64,000 nucleotides of DNA from Lingula anatina (lineage: Eukaryota; Animalia; Brachiopoda), in NCBI GenBank assembly GCA_051362555.1, contig CM120644.1, forward strand, positions 8,254,954 to 8,318,953, read 5' to 3'. The position numbers were made by a program, and so were the translations under genes. The notes beneath the pieces were generated by a model, which was not told the origin of the DNA, did no database searches, and saw only the letters and a program-made list of their open reading frames with translations. Numbering within the stretch: position 1 is the stretch's first letter; each line of letters starts with the position of its first letter. Shown here in pieces: positions 40,639 to 52,114 of the stretch.

Positions 40639-41234
40639 TTTGTCTATGTATATATACTAGTATTGTTAACTATAACTATATATATATATACTAGTATTGT
40701 TAACTATAAAACCGAATGATTTGCACTACTGGTAGCATGTAGTATTTGGAATATGGGTACATGGACAAATTGGTATGCAGTTTTTAGCCACATAAGGCTG
40801 CATGAGCTGGTAATAGTAAATGATACTAAAAAGAAGAAAAGAATGTTAAAGTCCTAATCACACCCTGTCTGATTATTTGACAATATATGTCTATCACATT
40901 TATAATTGGCGGGTAAAGGCATGCTGTGCTAAAAAACAAACAAACAATGTCTTTCTGTAAAAAGCGGTTGTTTGGATTTGTGATAAAAAACATTCATAAA
41001 TGGATTTAAACACTTGATGTTATTGTTCATGTTACAAGTTAATGCATTGATAAAGTCTAAGGTTATAAATTTAGGATACATTTGCTGTAGAATGACTAAA
41101 TATCTAGGTGTTCAGCAGATAAAAATCAGCATTTCACTGGCATTAACGAAATGTGCTTTAATTTATCTCTCAATGATATTTCCTTATTGAAAAGGTTCCT
41201 ATAACGCATGATTTCTTATCACAAGATTTTGAAA
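39707..41234 (-). pseudogene. WxxW D' (3' part): decayed duplicate of gene D
   Basis: Last exon 39707-39883 has Cys>Arg and a premature stop (YEVRFI*). Exon ~40172-40243 has lost its donor. The 211 nt exon has collapsed to ~40 bp at ~40490-40530 and the 77 nt exon is deleted. Introns align with 34990-37060. Confidence 0.88.
40568..40637. repeat. (TA)n microsatellite
   Basis: Read directly. Confidence 0.95.
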
Positions 41235-41264
41235 TGTGTTATCAGTTGCATATGTGCTGAAAAA

Positions 41265-41295
<31 letters not shown>

Positions 41296-42927
41296 CAGCA
41301 TACACTTTGTAAAAATGGTCCGATCAAGCTGATTTTCGATCTCGACCTTTATTTTTATAAGATTGATCACTCCTGTAGTTTTAAAGACAAAAGGCCTATT
41401 GGTTTTTCTTGAAATGTATTATCAGTGTAACTTTTAATAAAATGGTCCGATCATGCTGAATTTTTAAATTGACCTGCATATTATGAATATTCATCAGTTC
41501 TGTAAGTTTCAAGTCAAAAGGTAAAATGATTTCCTACCTATTGTGCTATAGGTAAAAGTGCACGGCGACGATGGCTACGACGAGACGAAAGACGCAGCTA
41601 GGTGACGGCTATATGAACAGACAAATGTGTGTCTGTATATAAAAAGCGTTTTATTAAACCTCGCCTCAATATGCAAAAATGTAGCAACAGATCTGGGTAC
41701 GTGGTAAAGGTCTATGAGAATCAGCTGAGCTGCATGCTGAATACAGAGAAGTTTAAGAAAGTTGTGTTGAGCGGAGTTGAGCAATTTTCGTTATGCCTAA
41801 GTGTGGGTTGCACCAAAAAGGCAGAAAAGGATCTGGCATTCGCTGACAATCTTCTATCTTTGTCTTTGACGTTCTTCGGAAATGCCATGACTTTCTTACT
41901 AACTTCGGTGACAATACATGTGATGCTAGAGATTATGGTCGCCTCAAGTGGTTTACAGGTAGATCATCTTAAAAGCTGACAGTCTTTCAAATTAACTGCC
42001 ATCTTAACTACTGATTGCTGATGCATTTTAAATGCATGGTAGTTGACTAGGAGCTCGTTATTAATAAAACTTGTTAATTACCGGTACGCACCGCCGCACT
42101 TCCCAAGCCATGTAATAACAGGTAACCTGTCAGATTCTTGGTGGGCTTTAATATTTGTTCAATATATCTCTTTTATTTCATGGGGTAATGTTATTGGTAT
42201 CTATTTTAAAATGACGTTTAATATCGATATTTAAGCAAGTGAGTTCAATCACGGTGGCGAACATTCATGAAAGTGATCGCTCTCAGGGTATCTTGAAGCA
42301 TACGTATCCTCAGGCATTACTTCCGCGAAATAAAACGTGGTTGAGGAAAAACTCGATAAGGAGCGGTAATATTTAAGAAAAAAAAAAGAATGTGAACTGC
42401 TCTAATAAAATTATTCGTAATCCTGATTCGTTACAGGAAATAAAACGTTGTGTGCTTTTTAATTTATTTATTAAGGATTTTAAATAATATAAAAGATTTA
42501 TAATTTTATAATTGATAGCCAAGTTCTTCGTCTTTACGCAAAACTTTTTGCAAATTCATGTTTTGTCAAACCCATAGTAGGACAAGGTGAATACGGGATT
42601 ATCGGATCAATATAAATTGCACTACTCATGAATCATAACTTGACCCATCCTTGCATTTTGATCATGTTTTGTACCATTTCTAATTATCTAATTATCTAAT
42701 TAAATATTTTAGTATTTAACGAATCATGACTCACACTTTACAGTATGCTGTGTTATAACACTGCCCATTTAAACATGATTATTTGTTATTTTCATCTAAG
42801 TTAATCATAGTGTAAATTTTTAATTAAATTGTTACCATGAACAGCATTTCTAACAGGTTTCTAAACGTTCTCTTAGTTGCCAATATGAGAGTTGTATTAA
42901 ATTCACTTCACTGCATCCTCCTTTTCC

Positions 42928-44016
42928 TCACTCATCATGCTCATAATTAAAAAGTTTGAAATCTCGGCTGTAAATTCTCTTTAATTCCGTGATCTGCTGG
43001 GGCGACAGCGTTTTAAAGGCCTCTTTGACGTGTCCGTATGTTTTCCGTTTCATAGAAGAAGGATAAAGAATTTTCTGACGAATGCCGATGTGTTTTGCTA
43101 CTTGGTCAAGATCTTCGTCAAAGTTTTCCAATTTGCCTATGATGTCATAGCGCACCTGGCAGGGAAAGCACTGTTCTGATATAGGCAACCAGTGGGTGTC
43201 CACATAGCCATCAACTTTCCAGGAGCCATCTTTGGTATTTTTTGCGTGGTCAATGACAAACTGAATGAAATCCCTGAATGGGAACAGTTGGGTGAGATTT
43301 TTGGAACGATCTCGCGGAATCATTGGGCGATGAAACAGACGCCGAACGCGATTGAAGAGGTGCCAAGAAATCCCACTGACATCGTCACTTTCGAAGGAAG
43401 TGAAATGAAACATCATTCGATAATAGGAGACGAGACGCTCGAAGGGGTGTCGCACAAACAGAACTTTTGTGTAATTTTCTAGCAGACGTTTTGTGGTTTC
43501 TTCAAAGTTCTTTATAGCTGGGGTGAGGTACTGGTATAGGGTTCTTTCTTCCTTCCAAACTTTGTGAGCTTTGTCAGACATAAAATCCAAGTCCGAGGTT
43601 CTATTTTTCTGTTTATTGGCTACAATGAACAATCGTTTGACATTTGTGGACCCTGCCTTGAAAATTTGACAGAAAAGAACCTTATATTTGTCCTCAATTA
43701 GGAACTGGATAGGCACTACAAGTCTTTTTCGCAACAGTTCTGTTACAGCTTTGACGTCTGCATCTGGAGACGCGGCGATGTTACAAGCTGATTTTACCAT
43801 CTTTGCTCTTCTGTAAACGTCCTCTATTGAGGATTGTGTGGGGAGAGGGCTCTTTTTCCAGTGAAGTCTACACGATTCTAGCAGTGATTTCCAAGTATCA
43901 GAGGATGTGAGACCCAGCATCCAAATTACCGTCCATACGGTGAAAAGGATTAAGATATGCTTCCATGGCTTTTTGCACCACACCAACAGTTTTCTTCGAG
44001 ACACCAAATGTCCCAT
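42928..44016 (-). CDS. Carbohydrate sulfotransferase (Sulfotransfer_2; CHST8-14/HNK-1ST family), Golgi type II membrane protein, 362 aa in one exon
   Basis: Basic N-terminus, TM (ILILFTVWTVIWMLGL), 5'-PSB LFCQIFKAGSTNVK, 3'-PB FVRHPFERLVSYY, HWLP..CFPC..YDIIGKLENF, C-terminal IYSRDFKLFNY. Acceptor TTTTCAG|G at 44021, ATG at 44016. Confidence 0.93.
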   Translation of the reverse strand: MGHLVSRRKLLVWCKKPWKHILILFTVWTVIWMLGLTSSDTWKSLLESCRLHWKKSPLPTQSSIEDVYRRAKMVKSACNIAASPDADVKAVTELLRKRLVVPIQFLIEDKYKVLFCQIFKAGSTNVKRLFIVANKQKNRTSDLDFMSDKAHKVWKEERTLYQYLTPAIKNFEETTKRLLENYTKVLFVRHPFERLVSYYRMMFHFTSFESDDVSGISWHLFNRVRRLFHRPMIPRDRSKNLTQLFPFRDFIQFVIDHAKNTKDGSWKVDGYVDTHWLPISEQCFPCQVRYDIIGKLENFDEDLDQVAKHIGIRQKILYPSSMKRKTYGHVKEAFKTLSPQQITELKRIYSRDFKLFNYEHDE

Positions 44017-44283
44017 ATTTCCTGAAAACATCAGAAACAACTACAAGTATTTATCTCAAATTATTTTAATATTTTATTTTATATAGCTGTATTCACGGCA
44101 TCGAAGAGTATCCATACAAATTCACAAGCAATTAGACACTATTTCTCCGTACTGATCGTGCATTTACTTGTTTCCTTCCATTGTCCATGCGTGATAACAA
44201 GTAATTGTTCATTCTCATTTTGCAAAGCACCATTCAACATTGCCTTATTGAGTAATTTCTAAGAGGCTTGTTTTCAATTTATA

Positions 44284-44288
<5 letters not shown>

Positions 44289-44344
<56 letters not shown>
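44289..44344. repeat. (TA)n microsatellite
   Basis: Read directly. Confidence 0.95.
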
Positions 44345-44345
<1 letters not shown>

Positions 44346-44399
44346 TTGACATTTAACATGGAATATTTCAGTTTCTAATGTATACCTAGGTGAAAATGC

Positions 44400-45990
44400 G
44401 TTTTTTTTTCACAAACTCCGATCTCATATACGATATGTGAATGGAGGAGTGTGTAGTCAGGTGTGTCGCTACCAATTAACTGATTACCAGGTTTGTTGCG
44501 CTGCTGCATTATGTAATATGCAGTGATTTAATTGGGTAGTGCTCCTTTGGGCAGGTCAAAGCTTGGCTTTGGCAAAGCATGGTTCTGTCAAAGAAGTATC
44601 CATATGTCGGTAACTACTGCATAGAAAAATTTGAAATTTTGCATGCAAGTGGTCGGGTTTGCAGTGCGTAAAATGAGCTATGCAGTGCTTTACAAATTTG
44701 TTAATCTGTGGCAGAATGGGGCGAAAAAGACAGGCATTGCCAACCAGGTAATTGCGCCAAACGAAACGGTCCGCACAGTTTTACAGAGTAATGACCAGAC
44801 TGATGTACCTACACAGAGGCCACACCCAATGTATTGAAATCTTACCACCAGGGTACAGGACCCACTGTCTTTCGGTATATGCTGTTGCAACTAAACAAAA
44901 ACCACCAAGTCCGTTCAGAATGAGGGGTAAATTACTACCAAAACGCATTTTTCTAGGCCCTTAGCGAACACCAAACTTGTTTTAGCAGGTTGGAATACCA
45001 GACGACATCCGAGGAACCCACTGTAAACAGCAAAACATCATTGTATGTTTCTCTATTGAATTGGGGACCTTGACTGTTTCTGGGTCGAACACTGAAATCT
45101 CGTGACATTCTTTATTGAGGTCAGATTTCACCTGTACCGCTCAACAGTCAAAACAGAGTTTAAAGACATCCAGAGGAGGCCAACGACGAAGCGTGTGCCG
45201 CTTCTAAAGTGACTAAGGTCATTAACAGCGTCAGTATTTGGAGTGGATACCACATTGGTGCCAAAACACCAATGGTAGTCATTGACGAAAACCTGAACCA
45301 GATCAAATAAAGAAATAATCTGGGAACCACTTGGCTATCATTTGATAGGGGACAACTTACGAACAATTTTAGGTTGCACGGTGAGATTGCCGGTTCATAC
45401 AGAGCACTTTTAATAGCAGTTTACTTACAGAACCAAGGGAATGAGCAGCTTCCTTGGTCATCAAAATCGCCATATTTGAACCACATAGACAATATGTGGG
45501 TAGGCCATTACTCTCCGAATCAATGGCCTACATGTCCTACAACACAACTTGACCAAATTGGGCAGATTTTGACCGATGCCTGGAATGTTATTCCAGATTG
45601 AACTTTAAAAACCTATCCCAAGGAATGCCTTGCCACTTGAGAGCGCTGGAAACAGCCAGAAGAAGTCAGGCGTAACAGCGACCGTTACTGTGACTAGACA
45701 CTGACATGAGGGTCCTTTGTGGAGCGTTTAACTCTTTTACAGACAATAATTTGGATAATATGGAGGTCCAAAATATCCCTTTTAATGGTTGTCGTATGAC
45801 ATAGAATAGGCAATGTGTTTTTGTTTGCTTCTCTGGCGAATTCCATTAACGAACTGCTGTCACAATGACATCAAAGATATAATCAAAATTATTAAAACAC
45901 CATTTTAATCCTTATTTTCATTTATCAGTCTGAAAAATAAGAAAAAACTGATGAATAATGATGTGCAAAAAATATTCCATATTAAATGTC
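44400..45990 (+). mobile_element. Degenerate Tc1/mariner transposon remnant
   Basis: Broken transposase motifs on the plus strand: IEVRFHL (DESRF-like), VSIWSG, MVVIDENLN, and LPWSSKSPYLNHIDNMW (WPxxSPDLNPIENxW). Many stops and frameshifts; boundaries approximate. Confidence 0.75.
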
Positions 45991-46173
45991 AAGTCTGTAT
46001 ATACCGTATATATACCGTATATATATATATATGTACCTGTATATAGGGGATATTTACTCATGCTTGGACCATATTGTCGGAGACATTTTTAAATTATTAA
46101 AATTATTCACATGCAAATTCAGTAACTTCACGTCATAACTTTTTATTGTAAGCCGTATTGCCTTATAATACGT

Positions 46174-46449
46174 CAGGGGCGAGGCAGGTCTATCTGAAGG
46201 TTGGGGGGGGGGGGGGAGAGTCCGGATCGATAGGCCTCGGATGCGAAGCCGATCATCGCCTTCTTGGCGTGGGGTTCGGGGCCTGCTCAAGGGCCCCAAA
46301 AAATCTGGTGTTTTGGAGGGCAAACCTTGCCCTTTGGTACGGTTTAGAACTATGATTTAGCTAGTCAGAATTGTGATTTCAAGAGAGGAATATTTGTGTG
46401 ATGTATTTTTCAGAAATCACCCCCCTGCCCCCCTCTAAATCAGCCACTG
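46174..46449 (+). mobile_element. hAT-like MITE without TSD, at the edge of the insert in D'
   Basis: CAGGGGCG...CAGCCACTG, same family as 10564-10831. The flanks do not match each other. Confidence 0.7.
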
Positions 46450-46690
46450 AGTTCAGCTACATATACTTTTGCATATCGTTCAACCGAAAAGAAAAACTTT
46501 TAATTATGCAGAACTCACATTAAGCCAAAAAAGTAGAAAACTTACATGTTCAGCGTCTCCACGTCAATTTTTCTGGTTTTTGTGCATTGCAGTAGCGCAG
46601 TGACCTTTTCTGCATCAAGCTACTGAAGGGCGTCTATCAGATAACCCGTTCCACGGGGTTTTAAAGGTACGCCTCTGCTTTTATAACGTT
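46450..46690 (-). promoter_or_regulatory. Promoter and non-coding exon of D' (duplicate of 37677-37900)
   Basis: TATAAAA at 46679-46685; intact donor CAT|GTAAGT at 46546; homologous to the gene D 5' region. Confidence 0.6.
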
Positions 46691-46719
46691 ACATAAAGGC
46701 GATACTATATAATTGTACA

Positions 46720-49700
46720 ATTTTCTAAAGAAAGTTATTTAACTACCCTCAGGTAGGTTAGACATATAAATCAAACTGTCTCTCTCTCTTTCTTAACAAA
46801 AAAGAGATATAAAGATAATCACTGTTTCATAATTTCAAAATACGCGTATATTAAAAAGATTACGCAGTAAAATGCATTACACGGCCATCTCACCCTCGAT
46901 CCAAACAAAAGAAAACCTTTGTTGATTTATGCGGTATAACTGCATGTGAAGCCAAACCTAAACTGGACTCTGATAACACTGAAAATTATACCAATGAGCA
47001 TGCAATGTCATCTGTAAAAGCTTGGAAGCCATAAAATCTGTGGATTTCAGCGATTCTTCTCTCTCATGACTTCGTTACAATAACGAAATGATTTCCAGTA
47101 TGTTACCATTTGCTAACGTGGATAAGAGTTTGTGCTTGCTACGCAGTTTTTTTAACTGTTTACATCGAATCCATTATTACCCATTCATCGACACCAAATA
47201 TTCCTCATACATGTATATTGATTATACTCCATCATGACTGTTTTTATGTATCTGTGGTTCTAACTACAGTGTATCCTAAAATAAGGTGCTCGGGGGACCC
47301 TATGTGCAAAGGTCAACTGACTCATACATTCTAGCTACTATATGAAATAATAATTAATTATTTTATCTTATATTCACGTTTTTTTATTCTTATTTTTATT
47401 TTTAATTTGTTTATTTATTTATTTATTTATTTTATTTTATTTTATTTTATTTTATTTTATTATTACTGTTTAAGATACTCTTTACGGGATGTTCCCCCAT
47501 TTTAAAACACCATGTTTTCTGTACATTTTTGATGGGGATTTTTTGACATCAGGTACTTTTATTTTAGTGGTCTTCTAGTTTACAAGGTCTTAAATGTGAA
47601 AGACGAGAAGCTTTGCAGGATTTAAATATGACTTTGAGAAATTTTAAAACGCACACAGTATTTACATTTAATATTTTTCAGAGTAATATGCAAGTATGCA
47701 TTAAACAATAGCACTGGAGTCCAATGTTATTGGTTTTTACATATACATACGGCACAGAAAGATTTGACCAATGAAGAAGATCATTTCATCGTGCTTCTAT
47801 ATACATACATTACGTTAAGTGTATTTTTGTTAATTGCAACAGTTTTCAAAATGGCAACTGATCCTTAATTTAAATAAAAGAATAGCCAGTCAACAAAACC
47901 TTCAAGGTGGATATCATGAAGCAGATCCCTTTACACGTATCGGAAGTACTATTTTTGAAGTTTTGTTGTGTGCCCTTGTTGTGTGTCGTTCAGTTGGAAA
48001 TTGTTTGTTTCACTTCCTCGTCTGCTGGGTGCTGAGGGGATATAATGTTATTGGAACATGTTACGGACACAAAAAAACGAACTTCGTAGGCGAATCCTTC
48101 AGAGGGCGTGCACTTCACTCTGATGTTCTGGTCCGTCTGATCCCAGGGCTGATTGGTTCCTGTCACGCGACATCGGATGTCAAATGGTTCATGGTCAGAA
48201 AACTTGAGAAAAGAAAAAAGTCGCTTTTGTATCCTTTTTTCACATTCATAATATTGACATATAGGTACGTCAATTTAAAATGCATTAATTAAGGTGAAAC
48301 AAAATTGTTTCTTCCAAGTGCCATCTTGGTATACTCACCGGACACAATACGGCGTATGTTTATACTCATATCCGTACTAAAAATTAACCATGGAATGAAG
48401 AAAATTGAGTATGCCTTAGCTTGCATATTTCCCAAATCATCAACTGTTTAAGTGTTACACAATTACCACCATATCAGCGTCTATAGGCACAGGAAAGGCC
48501 GTTAGACATCTATAAAGGCATCTATAATGCCTATATTTCACGTATTTAATCGTTCAAGGTTATCAATTAAGATAGAGATCATGCAATTGCTGTTACAGTG
48601 ACAGTGAAAGAAAGCTGAACGTTTCAGTAAAATAACACAGGGAGGAAGTTGAAAGAGCAGACGAAGGAGTAAAATAACTCCATAGAGCCCAAAGGAAACA
48701 ATCCATACAAGAAAGGTGATCTTCCATCACGGACCACACAACGCAGGAAAACCACATTATACCGGCTGGAAGAACTCGCTATACTGGTAGAGCACTAAGA
48801 TTGGTTCAATTTAACAACGGAATATTATATAACTACCCTCAGGTAGTTAAGACATATAATCAAACTGTCAAAAGGGGCTATAGGTGATCACGGTGTTATA
48901 AATTTGAAAAAATACATAAATGGGAAAGGTGCCAGGCGTGACTTATCACTGGTGTTACCCTGGATCCAAACAAAAAAGGACACTTGTTGATTTATGCGAT
49001 ATAACTGTGCAACCACACCTAAACTCGTCTCTGTCTTTCTGATAACACTGAAAAACAAACCAAAAGAGCAACGTAATATATAAATGCTTACTTGGAAGCC
49101 ATAAAATGTGCGGACTTAGCCTTTCTTTCCTCTTTTGATTTCGTTACAATAACGGAATGATTTCCACTATGTTAACATTTGTAAACGTGGATCAGGATTT
49201 GTGCTTGCTATGCCGATTTTAAACTGTTTATATCGAATCCCCTGTATACCCATAAACCCCTACTATTTCTTATATATTAATGTTTCCCTAAATAAAAAGC
49301 TTCTATCTTGTTTTTTCTCAAATCCCTGTTTTTAATATGTATTAGTTTTGATGGGAAATATACTAGTAGACTTGCTCCACCAAGGATGCGCTTTTTTCCT
49401 AACCACGCGTAAAATCCTGACAAAACTAACTAATACTGGTAAGATATTTGCGGTAACCATCACTTTTCATTGAAGCATAGTAATTCATGGGTATCAAAAT
49501 CTTGAAATGTCAAGCTTTTTTGTTAAAAAACATTTTATTCTTTGCCCCAAGCTACCATTGTAGCTGTTTTTGTGTACCTGTGGTTCAAACTATCCCAAAA
49601 CGAGGCACTGTGGGGACCCTATTTTTCGAAGGTCGCCTGACACATACATTGTAGACATGCATACGGATATTATGCTGGGTTCATTTGCATAATGTCTACT

Positions 49701-50990
49701 AGGTGTCGCTGCATGTTCACTCCTATCTCGAATATTCAATTTAAGAGAAAAATATGGTACACATCATAAGAAAAGAATTGTAATGGAATTCTGCTGTATT
49801 ATAAAATAGATTGCACGAGTTTTATATATTACTCTGCTGTCTGTGTCATGTAGAACGATTATGAGGCTTAATCCTTTTTGCGTTCAAGTTCACATTGTGC
49901 ACGCTAATCGGAAAAGAAGCATTGTGTCGTCCGTAATTTGATGGTTCGACTGAATCATAAATTCTAGCTGTTGTATGCAAGTAGAGTAATTGTTTTTATT
50001 TTTTTTTCATTATATTAACTTTTTTTTTATTATTATTTTTTATTATTATTCAAAGTTTAAGGTACTCTTTGCGGGATGTACCCGCCAAAAATAATATTCT
50101 TAGAGAAAAAAGTAATTTCTACCACTCACGAAATATTAGTGGGCCCGTCCCTGCATTTAAATTTGATAGTTCTATTGTTAATCTAACGATGTCTTTCTAT
50201 ATAACTAGCCATTCATTTAGAACGCCATGTTTTTCTGTACAATTTTGATGGATTTTTTTTTACCTTACGTACTTTGATTTGAGTAGTCTTCAGGTCTAGT
50301 TTTCAAGGACGGAATTGTGGAAGACAACTAGTTTTGCAGGACATATAGACGTAGAAAATATGACTATGGGAATTTTAAAAACGCGCACAGTGTATGCCTT
50401 TAATAATTTTTGGTGTAATAGAAAACCAGGTATACATTGTAATATCACAACAATAATGGAGCCCACTTTTATATGTTTTGAGATGTACATACAGCACACA
50501 AAGATTTGACCAATGAAGTTCATTTTATCGCGCTTCCATTTACATACATACGTAAATTTCATTGCTTTTAATTGCAACAGTTTTCAAAATGGCAACTGAT
50601 CCGTAATTTAAATCAAAGAATAGCCAGTCAACAAAACGTTCAAGGTGAATACCATGAAGCAGATCTCTTTACATGTATCCGATGTACTATTTTTGAAGTT
50701 CTACTGTGTGTCGTTCAATTCGGAATTGTCTGTTTCCCTTCCTCGATCGTCCGCTGGATGCTGAGGGGATATAATGTTAGTGGGACATGTTACGGACACA
50801 GAAATCGAACTTCGTAATCGTAGCAATTCTGCTCAATCTGCTGGTCGGCGATGTCGCAGGCGAATCCTTCAGAGGGCGTGCACTTCACTCTGATCTTCTG
50901 GCCCGTCTGATCCCATGGCTGATTGGTTCCTCTGACGCGACATTGGATGTCTAATGGTTCATGATCAGAACACTTGAGAAAAGAAAAAAA
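46720..50990. repeat. Diverged repeats of the D-E intergenic block (38040-39540 ~ 46720-48230 ~ 48826-50990)
   Basis: Shared landmarks in all three blocks (AACT.CCCTCAGGTAG, GATCCAAACAAAA, TTCGTTACAATAACG, GG.GACCCTAT, G.ATA.AATGTTA.TGG.ACATGT). Confidence 0.8.
48061..48204 (-). pseudogene. Orphan E-type last exon with internal deletion
   Basis: Matches 50790-50972, but the segment between GFA and YEV is deleted. No upstream exons. Confidence 0.82.
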
Positions 50991-51423
50991 AGCGCTTTTG
51001 TTAAGGTTTCTGTTTCTCGCCGTTGCCCAAAGTGGTCTTATTGGAATTTCGAAATTTTAAAGGAAGGCCTTTCGTTGTTTGCCTCGGACACTTTTTCCAG
51101 GTGTGTTACCAATGAGATACACCAATCCCTTTTTTTTATCGAATGCCTCCAAAACCTGAGTACTAATTATAAGAAGGTTGATACTTACCGGGTTATGTCC
51201 CTCTGGTCCCACGAGTTCCCTGTCTTGCAAACCGCCGTGTTCCCTGTTCAACCAGGGAGTCCATTTTGCACATTCAGGACAGGTGCCTGTGAGATGGAAT
51301 ATCTAAGTTATTATGCCATATTTAGTTTAATATATGTGCATTTTGTTTAAACATGTATGTAAAAATAATCGTTCAGAGAGAATCGTATAAAATACAAATT
51401 GTGAACATTTTAATGTTCAGTGA

Positions 51424-51462
<39 letters not shown>

Positions 51463-52082
51463 TCAAAGCAGTAAATGAAATAAGCACTGGTGTATACCGT
51501 TTTGATCGTTCGTTGCTAAGCATTTGACAGGGGCAAGGCCTGTAGTCACAAATAGAGCTTGAGGTCAAAAATGAATAGGACGTTCAGAAGCCCCAGATAT
51601 ACGACGGAAGCTATTGCATGTAAAATGCAGTTTTATTGTTTAAAATGTAGAGCTGCCACTTGTTTTTGATATGAATGAAGTGCATTTGTTGAAAAAATGG
51701 AACAGCTGTCTGTAACATTAGCCACTGGTCCTTCGCCCGCGGCCAGAAAAAGTTTGCTTGGACCTCAACTAGCAGAATTTTTCAGAATATGTGAATTTAG
51801 TGGCCCGACATGTCCATGAGATGTTTTCCTACATGCATGTGAAAGAGTGCTATATTTGATTTTTTCTTGAATGTAACTGCTACCTGCTGATTCTTTATTT
51901 TAAATAGTTTGAAAAAATAAAGGTCTTGATTATACTAATAATTATGCAATGGGTAAAATGCTTAGTCTCATAGACATTTTATACGCAGCGATGAATCCAG
52001 ATTTAGACCAGTTCATTTAAGGAAAGTGGTGATCCGAATACCCAGTAAACTGAACATTATATGGAACAGCATGAAAGCGTGT

Positions 52083-52114
<32 letters not shown>

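Noticed and set aside
44017-44040. N-terminal extension MFLMFSGN of the sulfotransferase ORF
   Set aside because: It starts at TTG inside a polypyrimidine tract ending in an acceptor, so it is intronic apart from the last 5 nt.
52084-52114. 31 nt poly-G run giving poly-Gly/Pro ORFs
   Set aside because: Intronic homopolymer whose length may be unreliable; not coding.
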